The notes below the pieces were generated by a model, which was not told the DNA's origin, ran no database searches, and saw only the letters and a list, made by a program, of their open reading frames with translations. Below, in pieces: positions 1-11,300 of a stretch of 64,000 nucleotides of DNA. The stretch covers positions 129,146,001 to 129,210,000 of the forward strand of contig OZ038378.1 of the NCBI GenBank assembly GCA_964036045.1, read 5' to 3'. This stretch comes from Eutreptiella sp. 'Long Island Sound 2002'. Taxonomy: Eukaryota; Protista; Euglenida. Numbering within the stretch: the first letter of the stretch is position 1; each line of letters starts with the position of its first letter. Both the position numbers and the translations under genes were made by a program.

Positions 1-365
1 GACGCCTTCCCCAAGCCATCCTGACGCCATCACAACGACATCCCAATGCCATCTGGACGCAATTCTGATGCATCCTGACTCATTCCAGACGTGATTGGAC
101 TACCCTGACGTTCCCTGACGCCATCTTGATGCCATACTCACACTTCCACACTGAGGCTTTCCTGACGCCGTCTTGACGCAATGCTGACGCCATCCTGACG
201 CTAAAATACCCACCAGCTTGACGGCATCCTGACAGCGATCCTGACGCATCCTGACGCCATCATGACGCCATCCTGACGCCATCTTGACGCTGTCCTCGCG
301 CCATCCTGACGTCATCCTCACGCTGTCCTGATGCGGTCCCGACGCTATCTTAACGTATCTACGTC
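1..365. repeat. Degenerate 11-bp minisatellite, unit ~CCATCCTGACG; runs off the left edge of the window
   Basis: Repeated (c)ctgacgccat(c) motifs at ~11-bp period, e.g. 231-310 cctgacgcatcctgacgccatcatgacgccatcctgacgccatcttgacgc. Confidence 0.85.
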
Positions 366-3300
366 GTGGGGCCTGAATCAGATTGCTGACAATAAGAATG
401 AAGAATTGAGAATGAACTATTAAACTGAATTCCGTTGAAATACTTCACCACATCATCAGCATTGGACATCTGGCCACCCCCACAGCCCGGATTGGAACCC
501 ATTGTTGCTGCCAGTGTGGCACAGCAATCCTGAGTCAGTTAGGATTTGCCCCTAAAAATATACTTACCAGTCGTTGCTGCTGGCGCCGCTGAACGCCAGA
601 AACACGCGCACCCAAACAACACACTCAATGTCCGGAAAACACACGCTTGGCCCGCAGAAATAACACACACCGCGGGCGCAACACTTGAAAACAATGGCGC
701 TGTGGTTGGAGAATTCACCTTTAACAGGGTTCGAGCCTAGGTAAGAACACCTGGCCAGGACACTCTAACAATTAGGGCACAGCTGCTCTGTTAATCCCGC
801 TGGCAATCGCCACACAAACAGGACGAGCCCTATACTCTACACACACTGTTGCTACTCTGCTACACGCGCTACGCGCTAACAGACATACGGTGACGGTACA
901 AGCGTGCACACCACAACACAAACGCATGGTCCGCGACACCAGCAAACACGCACAACAGGCATAGCACAATAAAAGGACCGCCGGCCACGCCTATACAATG
1001 ACACCCCAAGCGTTGGAACGTAGGACGCCCAATGGGCACCAAGCATTCTAACCACTTACCCATTCACTGGACACAGTCGCCAGTTTCGACTGCCGCCTAT
1101 AGACTTGGCAGTCGCGCCAATAGACACAAGGGAAGAACACTACAACTGCATGCAAAAATACTTTGGCAGCGCCGCCGCCAGTAGAGCATTACAAGAATAC
1201 ACATGCGCTCAACCACATACACACTCACCCGTGCGGGTACACGCACATGCTCGACTCAACACAAATGCTACACACAATTCCAGGTGTAAGAACTCAACCC
1301 AGCACAACGACAATTAACAAGACTCGACAACAAGAAACCAACTACAACCAAAAATCGCGCTTGAGCACTCAAACAAAAACGGGCACTATAATAAAAGCGG
1401 TGAAGCGCTCTACAAAACAAGAGCGCTTGGAGTAACAAAATTCGAACAACAACGAACTTCATTAATAAAAGCAAAACCTTGACACAACACAACATGACTG
1501 CTGAGTTGAAGGTTCAACCACAATGAACACAATTGAAACAAAGATCAGACAAACGACCAGACGAACAACCAAACAACTCAACATAATCAATCTTGAAGCG
1601 AAGGCAAAACCCGGCTTCAAAATTCAAAATTATATCCATTGAAATCAAAAGCAAAGGTACAACACCTATGTAAACTAACAAACACATAACTCCCAAAGAC
1701 GTTGATAACTAACAACACATATGTCACATGCTCATGAAAACAATCAGAAAGCAAACAATTGAATCAATAACAACACAACCTCATTTTATACCAACTCATC
1801 ATCAATGAACTCAAGGATACATGTTACTCACTGACACAATAACACTTCAAACTTGTCGCTTCCTTGCACCCTATAAGCAAATTTGGCACATAATTCCAAC
1901 CTGACTTCACTGTCCTTGACCATGACCTCGAAGTGGATTAATTGGAATTGAAATTGAATTGAATTGGAATTTTAATTGCATGGCAAATTGAGTTCAGAGT
2001 GTAATATTTTTTGGATGCGGTGGTGCCACCCTTGGGGCCCTTTTAAATCTCCACAGGTAGGTGAAAATCACTTGAAGGTTTGGGTGCCATCCTTGGGGCC
2101 TGTCCCCCACACTAGTAACGGTTATTGGCACATGGACGCATCAATCCAAAGAATCTCTGACTACAAGACAAAGGAGGACGTAAAATAATATCTGGTACAT
2201 TGAATTGAAGATCAAAAAATTGAGGCTTGATGCCTAACCATAGAGCAATGGAGATGCAATGAACAGCATTGCGATCACAAATGTAATTAATGTAAAATAA
2301 ACGCAAATGACGTGCAGTTTGTTAGTATGAGCTTCAATGAAACAAATTCAGTCAAGAGTAGTTTCGAAAATAACCAAAATAAGGACGTTTTAGCTGCAAA
2401 CAAAAAATTATGACTATGGTTGGAATGAGAGTCATTGAAGGCGCTAAAAGAATGAGACACATCTAAATCTAGTCTAAAGTTGAAGTAAATATTGATGGGT
2501 GTAAGAATGTTCAAGCTAATATTCCGAAGTACTCTAGGAAATGAGGATTCACTCTACAAGCTCACTTGAGATAGTAGGGGGGGGGTGCATGGTCGGAACA
2601 ACAACTGCTACCATGTGATAAGCTAGTCTGTAAGGGCTCAGAGCAACTAGCTCATAATGTAATCTCCCGGCTATGGAGGAATCTGGTATGAACTTTCTGC
2701 AATCCCGGGCGTAGTCTGGGGGCTCATAACTAACCGACACAGGAATTTCGACATGAGATTTGAAAATGAAATCCCAAATCTCTTGAAACACTAAACCTAA
2801 ACCAAAATCCCTAAACACACACCGAACAAGTGCAAAAAGGTTTAGATCAAGAGGAGGATCACCACCGTCTCATATCATGTCCACTATTCGCTGCGTTGAG
2901 CTACGGTTTCTGTTTCTCCCAGATGGCGGGTCGTGGCTCCAATGCATTGGGGTTCCCCACGGGAAGACCATGACATGCCAAATGAGACAAGAGGCACTTG
3001 AACTACATAAACACTACCAATACACATGAGAAGAGACAATTTACGACCTAAATAAGAAAGTGACGCCTCAGAACGACGTGTCAACACCGTATCATGGGCG
3101 CAAATCTAAAAGCGATTAATCAATATAAACGTCCTACACAAATAAGCAGAATCGACATTCAGACTAATACAGAATAGGCAAATAAGAGAAAATCCACCAC
3201 ATCGCAACACACCAAGTACACAGAAAATACAAGCCTAAATCTAGGAACGGAAACAATGAAGTTTCTATACCTATCTAAAGGTACAATCTACCCCATTGCT

Positions 3301-3999
3301 GAAATCTAAATTCAACTATGGCCTTAACTGGATGTCCTTATTACAGAATGGAAGGCCGTCCACCGAGCAGCTTTCAACACGCTGAAGGAGGCCATGGTTG
3401 GCGCAACAAACCTCAGTGCCAGCGAACCCCGGCAACCTTATCATCTATACACTGATGCTTCGGAGGATTGCGTGGGAGCCCCACTGGCGCAACCATGTGC
3501 ACATGGGAAGTACGAAGGACATCTTTGACCTATTGCAGTTATGTCACGCAAGACGCAGTCAGCAGAAACTCGATATAGTATCTAGGAACAAGATCTGCTG
3601 GCTATCATGCTCGCACTCAAGCAATGGATCAATCTCCTTCGAGGACCACAGCAAGTTCACGTGCATACCAACCATGGAAGCCTGCCCTATCTCAAAATGT
3701 GTCCTCGCCCGTTGACCCCACGACAGGCACGTTGGTCACAGTTCTTGGAGGACTACAACCGCACACTGCGGTCCATGCCTGGTCTCGAGAAGCCAGCAGA
3801 CGCATCTTCTCGTCTGACATCAGGGATGCCACACCTACACGATCCTTTGTGGTACCCTTGGTCGAGAAATGGGCATCACCGGAGGGAGAAACACTTGATG
3901 AGTTTCTGGATTTTCTCGAAGACAAGTTGTCGCACGATGAGGTGTCGCCTCCATCCTACAACCACCCGTACGTATCACTTCAAAGCAGGCGATCTGTAG
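3301..3999 (+). pseudogene. pol: Old Ty3/gypsy element C: RT thumb/RNase H remnant with stops
   Basis: Frame +1 reads WKAVHRAAFNTLKEAM...YHLYTDASEDCVGAPLAQ...PIAVMSRKTQSAETRYSI*EQDLLAIMLALKQW...HTNHGSL...RQARWSQFLEDY...ADASSRL. YTDAS is at 3448-3462. Confidence 0.9.
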
Positions 4000-4539
4000 G
4001 AGAAGATCCTAACTGCAACCCTGAAGAACGATCCAGCGCCTGCGTCCCACACTGAACTGGCTGACAAACGGGAGGAGATTGAACCAACACCAATTGACAA
4101 GATCTCTCGAGATCTGGAAAAACCTGCACCACATGTCAACAATGCCGGCATCGAGTTAGCAGATCAGTCAACTGGACCTGAAAACCTCCCCGAGACGGAC
4201 ATTTTTTCAAGGCATGGCGGTCTCCCGCGGAGAGCAATGCACCAAAGCGGCCTGACCACGGGCGAAGCGTTCATGGCGAGCCGAAGTCCACCGAACACAA
4301 CGTGTATTGTACACAATTCTAAACCAAGGGTGCCAAAAACACTGCTCTTATGCACCAGAGGACTGAGACAGGTCAGAGTGCACAAAAAGATTGCCGCCCG
4401 AAGCTGAGTTCAATGGGATGCGTCCAGTGAGGCACATAGGAGAAAAAGGGACCACATGCACAAACAAATGGCTGAAGCTTCAATTAAGATATATCAAAGG
4501 ACTGATGCAGTCCAAAAACGGGACCAAAGAGTGCTGGTT

Positions 4540-5880
4540 TGGAAATGGCAGAGAAACGTGAGGGAAAAAGGGGTTGTGGCATGGGGAGGGGGGGGGACTA
4601 GGCTGAATTGAAATAAGGGGAAGGGTGGGTGGTGAGTGTTGGCTGGGCTGTTGGGGGTGCCGGTGGTGGTAGAGGGGGGGGTGCAGGCCTGGATGCAAAC
4701 AGGTGACTGACCAGTGACAGCTGTCAGGTGATTACTGTCTGGAGTCTCGTGCGTGGTGTCTGGAGTCGGTGGCTGGTGTTAGGTGTCTGATGGCAGAAGA
4801 CAGGGGCCTGGTGACTGAAGGTTAGTGCCTAGTGTATGACGATTGTGACAGGTGCCAGAGTACTGAGGAATGGCGTCTGCTGTCAGGAGATGAGAAATTG
4901 TGGCTGGTAGCAGGCAACTGGGGGCTGGTGGCTGGGGCATGACGGCCGAGATAGATGGTCGCGTTGGTGTCTGGTGACTGGTGGCAGGTGCCAAAAAAAG
5001 GTCGGAGGAATGGTCATGGGCATATGTGGACTGAAACGAGTCCGCTGCCTAGTCTGTGGATTGAGTCGAGCAAGTGGTGGGGAAGTGAGCGCCCGTGACA
5101 AGGTAACGGTAAATGAAAGGGGTGCAGAGGGGTTGACGTGTTAAATGAATTGCGGGCCGAAAGAATCAGTCTGTCGAGGGGGGATAAGCCTGGGGAGATC
5201 ACGGGCGGTGGAGGCTGTTGAATGTGTTGCCCAAATAGTGTGTGGTTGAAGGGGTGTCTGGAGGGGTGTAAGTGAGGTGGATGAGGTTATGTTTCTTGGG
5301 TTCAGGTTTCAGACGAGTGTGGCGGCGAGAGTTGGGCTTTTGGTTGACGGGACGTTGTTGAGGGAAATTGGGGCAGGAAGGTTTGACAGGGTGATTGGTG
5401 GGAGTGGTGAACCCCGAGAGTGGGATGTTCCAAGGGTTCCTGTTGGAGATGAACCCAAGTGTGTCGAAGTTGGAAATGGGGTTGTCGTGGAACAATTGGC
5501 TGAATGAGAGCAGAACGACGCTTAAGCATTTTAGTACAGGATTTGAGTTCGCTGAGAAGACTCTTTCTGTGCGTGGAGTAGGATGTGTTTGGGGGGGTGT
5601 ACGGAGAGCGTTACTAAGGGATATGGGGATGGAAGTACCAATGTAGTTGTGCTTTGCGCCTATTGTGGCGGAGCCAAACCATGTGTTGCTGGTGATGCGG
5701 GTAGGAGCAGAACAAGATTTGTTGAAGGGTTGGCGTAGGTGACCAGTTTTTGCAGAAGGGCAAAGGTCGGTGCAGGATGTGGGGTCGGGTGGGTGGTTGG
5801 TGAGGCACAGGGGGCATGTGTAGTGTTTTAAGTCGTTTGTGTGCCGTGTAGCCTTTGCAACTGAATAGGCCGTTGATCAA
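4540..5880 (-). mobile_element. Strongly GT/CA-skewed segment between RNase H and integrase of element C; probable decayed retroelement fragment, unclassified
   Basis: Abrupt compositional skew and G-runs. The minus-strand peptide HNLIHLTYTPPDTPSTTHYLGNTFNSLHRP (5199-5300) only loosely resembles a GIY-YIG motif. No TSD found. Confidence 0.3.
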
Positions 5881-6008
5881 CTTAAACTTGAGACGGGAGA
5901 ACCAAGAGGAAGTAAAAAAGAAGTCGCCGAGACGGACGTTGACAACCCCCTTCGAGTTACATTTGGCCAGGAGCAGCGATATGCCCAGACCTTATCGGAG
6001 TAGATCTG

Positions 6009-6664
6009 TTGTCGACTTCATGGAGACGGCACCCTACAACCGGTACTCTTGCCAACAGTGTGTTCGAACACACCACATTCATCGCGTCTGAAAGGCGAGC
6101 ACCGAAGGGTGCACCAACAATACCAATGCAACGATCTGACTTCGTCAGCAGTGTGAGCGCGGCATATCAAGAAGACCAGCCTACGAAACACATCTATGAG
6201 GTGGCCATTCGAAGCACTGCAGCAGGAGATCAGCTCAAAGACGGCATCCTCGCCTTGCATAACCGTAAGTTCTTTCACCTGTCGGCTGTGGGCAAGCTCG
6301 TTCTCGTACCCTGACATTTGTGACATTCATTGTGGCACTGCACGACGAGTCCGAGTTCTATGGCCATTCGAGAGTACCTCCAACCACGGCCCTGGTCAAA
6401 GGCGACTACGTTTGTTCTCAGCCTCAGCATTACGTTGAGCGCTACATTTTGAGCTGTGACAGGTGCCAAGCTGCAAAGTCCCGGCTTGTCAACACAGCCA
6501 GGGAGCCTCCACCCCTACTTGTGCCTGACACCACGTGGCATAGTGTGTCTGTTGATTGGGTCTCGAGCTTGCCTCCAATCACCCAAGGTCATCATGACCC
6601 CATCATGACAGTGGTTGACCTGTTTCAAGAGCGTGGCATGTTTATACCGTGCCAAAAGGAGAAG
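6009..6664 (+). pseudogene. pol: Element C integrase, N-terminal half (HHCC zinc finger and first catalytic Asp)
   Basis: ALHDESEFYGHSRV...YVERYILSCDRCQAAK...VPDTTWHSVSVDWVSSLP...IMTVVDLFQERGMFIPC; stops abruptly at 6664. Confidence 0.9.
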
Positions 6665-7472
6665 TAAGAAAAATTGCCTTTCACTTGAAAAATGGTCTAT
6701 GGCCTTACCATCTTCTCATTTTGACCATACAGCGCAGTGCGAAGGAACAAAACGTAGTTGCAAAAGTCATCCACAATAGCAGCGATTTCCTTTATTCATT
6801 GTTTTTCTTGATTTTCTGTGTGATATCCTTAAAGTCTCTTTTTGTTTTCATTTGTTATCTGTCTCAAAAACCATGTGATCTATCTTTCATTTTGCAATGG
6901 AGACTAGAGTCTCATACACATGTGCTTTATACTTTCATTAAGCGGTTGTATGCCAAGTGTGCTCAGTTCTGTCATACTGACATAGGGGTAGGGTCCCTTC
7001 ACTTTTATCTATCTTTTTCATGGTTTCCTAATCTATCCTAATGGTATGCACCTCACGATATAAGGCTTCTCCCTTGGAGAATCATGGGTTCAATTCTCAG
7101 AAAGCCCAACTAAATCAGGGCGAGCCATAAGTGACATCGATGACATGGCAGTGACTTCAAGGTCACAGCGCCATGCCACCGAATCAAATATGGCCAGAAT
7201 TTAACAGGTTCACATCCCAAGGTGAATCTCACACGAAGAGGGAGTGGTGTGGGGTATTAGCTTGATGCTTTTATCCCAAAGATTGACTACCTGTCAAAAT
7301 CCGCATTAAAGGGCTGCTTTATGATTCACTATATTTGTGTGCAGTGTCAAAAGCTTCCCATACTAATCATCTGCAGCCCTTTGTGTATGCTTTCATCCAT
7401 TCAGGTGTTCTTGCAGTCCTGCTCGTCCACCAGCTGGTCCGGGGCTACCATCCCCGGGTTGACCTTCTCCAA

Positions 7473-8368
7473 GCCCATGCCGCCTCCTCACTTGCACGTA
7501 AGCGTAGCACCAGTCGAAGACCACTCACATCCACACTGAATCCCTCAAATTCCGTAGGCATCCATCAGGATTGCAGAATCGAATCAATCCCTTTGACATC
7601 TAAACAACAAAAGAACAGAAGCATGTACAAATGGTCATAGGAACATGCAAAACCTCCAAACCATGTCCCGGTTAGGGTAAGGTGCAATAGTCATTGGAAA
7701 TCCCGGAGGAAGAGGCATCAAGACAGGTAAGGAGGGGACAGAGGGAGCCCATTCTCCCACTCAGCACCTCCTGGGTAGCCTTATTCAGGATCTCCAAGGA
7801 GGAAGAACAAAACATGCGAAAACAACAAGACATGGGTAAGGCCCATTGGCTGTCAAGGCCTACCCTAGTGGGGGCGCTGTCACTCTCCACTCCCGGCACT
7901 ACATGACCCCAAAAACAGGGGTCTAGTGCCTACTCTCCATCCTCACTGAATAGGTCAACTCAACTCCCTTGGGGCTGCCGATAGCCCCACCACACCACGG
8001 TAGGAGGGGGGGGTCCCGGGTGCCGATACGACTTAGGCCCCAGGTATTCTGTGGAAAAGGCGGTAAATTCGTATATCACCCATACCACCTCAGGATCACC
8101 AAACTCAAAAGGTAATAAGGGTAGTTGCAGGTAGCCAGGACCTCCACCCTGACACGAGTAGATTGGCAGGACCCAACTGCACACAGGCTCTGAGACGTAG
8201 CATGGGAGGCAGGGCAAGAAAACAAAAAAACCGAAAATCAGAGGTTACCCATTTCATCACACTCTCCCGCCAAGGCAAGAAGGACTCGAAGGATTCCATG
8301 TGGGCACATTGAAAGGGCATCAGTCAAACATTATGCCCACCAGATATCCAAGTATGTCTCCCTGATAC
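7473..8368 (-). repeat. Repeat H copy 1, left piece (LTR-like); continues at 42338 after the nested gypsy insertions
   Basis: Colinear with 56753-57660. Ends ccctgATAC at 8368 and resumes ATACcatgccactgtcac at 42338; the intact junction ccctgataccatgtcactgtcac is seen at ~57653-57675. Confidence 0.85.
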
Positions 8369-11300
8369 TGACGCGTATCCCATACCCTCCTTCCTCAATG
8401 GCTTTGTCTTTCATGGTATCTAACCCAATCTGCTTCCTGGTTTTATGCCGTGTGCCACTGTGCAGCCAATCAGCCGACAGTTTCTGTTTGTATTAATTTC
8501 ATGCAATTTCGGGCATAGAATTTCAGGAATTTTATTATGGAATTGCTTCTTGGTTAAGAGCATAGATATTGATGCCCTCCAGAAATTCTGTCGAGGCCTG
8601 TCCGCGCGCGCGTGCTCGCCTGGTGCTCCGGTTGTGTGCGTGTGCTCCCTGCTGCTCGGCCGGCGCTTTAATGCAGGCTGAGCGACTGAAAACTCTTCTG
8701 AAGGGGTGCTAATAGTGTTAGCTCTATCCTGTTACCGAAATTGATACCGGCCAGAAGCTAGGGTGACTCCAGTGGAAGATAGGAGGCCCGGGGTCAAAGA
8801 TCTGGCTGGAGCCTGGTGTGGTTCGATCTGCCCACACCGGCGGTTGGTCAACGACTGGTACACGTTAATGGGCGCATCTGCTTCGGCAGTGCCACACCTA
8901 CGTGTATGGGGGATCACGAGTCCCTGGAAGCTGGAGGAGTCCTAGTGGAAGAGGGGTGGAAGTGGAAGTGGCTGAGGTAGAAGCACTGGAACAGAAGAAA
9001 GTACATCGTTCATTGCTCCGCAATCCGCAAGTGAACTCTACTTTTTCTTCTTGTGCTTTGGTTTGTCACTTTTCCACGTCCCACCGTTCAGTTCGTCACC
9101 CAACTTATGTATCCTATGTTGCAACGGACATTGTTTTCTTTGAATACTCACAAGTGTATGAATCATTGAACTCACTGTTTTGTACATTAGCTCCATTCAT
9201 GCTTTGTGTTCATTACAGGAAGGTCAACAAGCATGCTTGAGTGTTGAACGAATGTCTCTTTTGATGATGCAATACATTTGGTTGCATGGTCACAGTCATT
9301 CATCTTATTAATTCAAGTGACCTTTGCAAGTGTGGTGCTACGGTGCTTGGTCAGGTTTACTTCAGCATGTCATGTGTTGGTTCATTGCTTGTTTGTTGAT
9401 AAAGATCATTGAGTCGCGATTGCTTTCTTCCTGGATTTTGTGCCAATTGCCTCTAAGGAGATTGCCCAAGTTTTTTGCTACTCTTGATGAGGAGGTAATT
9501 TTGTGAAGTGCTTTGAGGAGAATTCCTTGGAGCATCCTTTGCACTTTGTGTCCATTTGAGATCCGTATCTCCCTAACCGCATGCCTTTTCAAGAAGTAGG
9601 TCGATTCTTTGCAATCAGGTTGAACCCTGTGAGAGTGTAGACTAAGGGTTTGCCTTCGGTACAACATGTCAGGGGTATCTTCTCTTGGAAGCCAGTTGGA
9701 GATGTGGTCTGCCCATGTTGTAGTCAGATTCTTCGTTCCTTTGACCCTTGCCGTGTGGTTGACCAAGCGCCCACATTTCCCTCAGGGTCGAGGTCAGGTC
9801 TCTAACTGAGGTGCACTTGGGACCCTCCCTCTCCATATGTGGTGCAAGGCAATCGGCTCTCTCCTTCCAAGTGGTTAGGCAACCTCCTCTCCTCTTGCAA
9901 TAGGGACCCTCCCCTCTCCTCTTGGGAAAGGGACACTCTCTTCTTGGGATATGAATACTCTCCTCTCCTCTTGGGATAGGGACATTCTACTCCTGCCACG
10001 GATAGTGATTCTCTTCTCCACCCGGGATAGGGACATTCTCCTCTCCCCGTTGGATAGAGACTCTCTTCTCCCCCTGTGACAGGGACTCCATGGATGTGCT
10101 CTCATTGGACCCGGGATATCTCTCTTTGTCCACTCACTCTGTGGGCCGGGTCTAGGTCTCTACATGTGACCCTGGGCATTTGCTTATCCAATTCTCCTAC
10201 CCAATCTCTCTCCAAGTACATGCTCTCATGCGTCATGGTTAGGCAAAATCCTCTTTCCATACACATGCTCTCCTGGATTGGGTTATGCGAAGGTCGAGCT
10301 GTTCAGGACATGGATTGGTGAAGGTCTCTCCTAGGGCAATATATATGTGCTCTCATGAGGCGGGACTCCCTCTCTTCGGGATAGGACAATCTCCCGATGC
10401 ATATACTTTCACGGTTGTTCGAGTATACATTCGCTTGGGATTGGGTCCGGGAATGGAGGTGCCATGGGATGAGGTTGGGAGGTATTGGGGAACCAGGTCC
10501 GTGTGGGACTAGGAAGAAACCCCGGAAGATCTCTTGGTTGTTGCTGCATTGTTTTGGGATGCTTTGGTGTGATCAAGTATAATTTTTCCCTCTCCGTCGA
10601 TGCATTGAGCACGTGGGATTCCAGGTCTCCCGAGGGTATGAGATCAATTGATTTTTGAGGTCATGTTCTCCATGGTTGCATGTGCATGCTCGCGGATGAC
10701 CGTGACCTTCGAGAAGATGGTGCCTGTAGTCTGACGAGGACACCGTCTACAGCACCGGGCAAGTGAGTGCATCTCCTTGCTGGCGTCCTCTGCCTCAACA
10801 GCACATTATTCTGTTGCTCCCGTGGTCGCAGATCCAAGCTTTCTGCGCCTGCACCTAGACTTCTCTAGGTACGAGTCCAAGAACTCCTCGGAGACGCCAT
10901 GGTCAATTGGAAAAACGAGGGCAAGACCTGGCCCAGGCCCCATCCCCTTGCGGTAGGATTACTGCAAGGGCTGATATGGGAGCAGCATTACCGCCAGTCC
11001 AACCCCCAACGTGAGGGCGGTTTCCCCGAAACCTTGGAGTTGAGGGAAGACTTGGGGGGCGACCGCCTGCAAGCCCTTGCAGATTGGCTGCAGGTGGAAG
11101 GTTATGGCTACCGTTTCCGCCAAAGAAGGTGGCGGGTATGGAGGCTGAACCCCAGGGCAGGGGAAGGGCTGTGCCCGGCTGCGTATGAGGACGAGGTCCA
11201 CGACATCGAGTATAGGCACGGCCAAAGGATCAACGTTTCCATTTGGGACGTGATAGAAAAAGAGTTTCGCGAACCGGGACAAGAACGCAAATTGCGTAAG

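Noticed and set aside
546-3300. Short ORFs and a CA-rich stretch as possible host exons or element C gag
   Set aside because: No recognisable domain, no consistent splice structure and no repeat partner in the window.
4290-4370. Possible gag zinc knuckle (YCTQF*TKGAKN...CSY)
   Set aside because: Too degenerate (missing Cys/His, needs a frameshift) and out of order downstream of RNase H.
9362-9766. 134-aa minus-strand ORF conserved in two LTR copies (also 19008-19412)
   Set aside because: Conservation is explained by the tandem duplication; it has no domain features and is split by the transposon in the 3' LTR.
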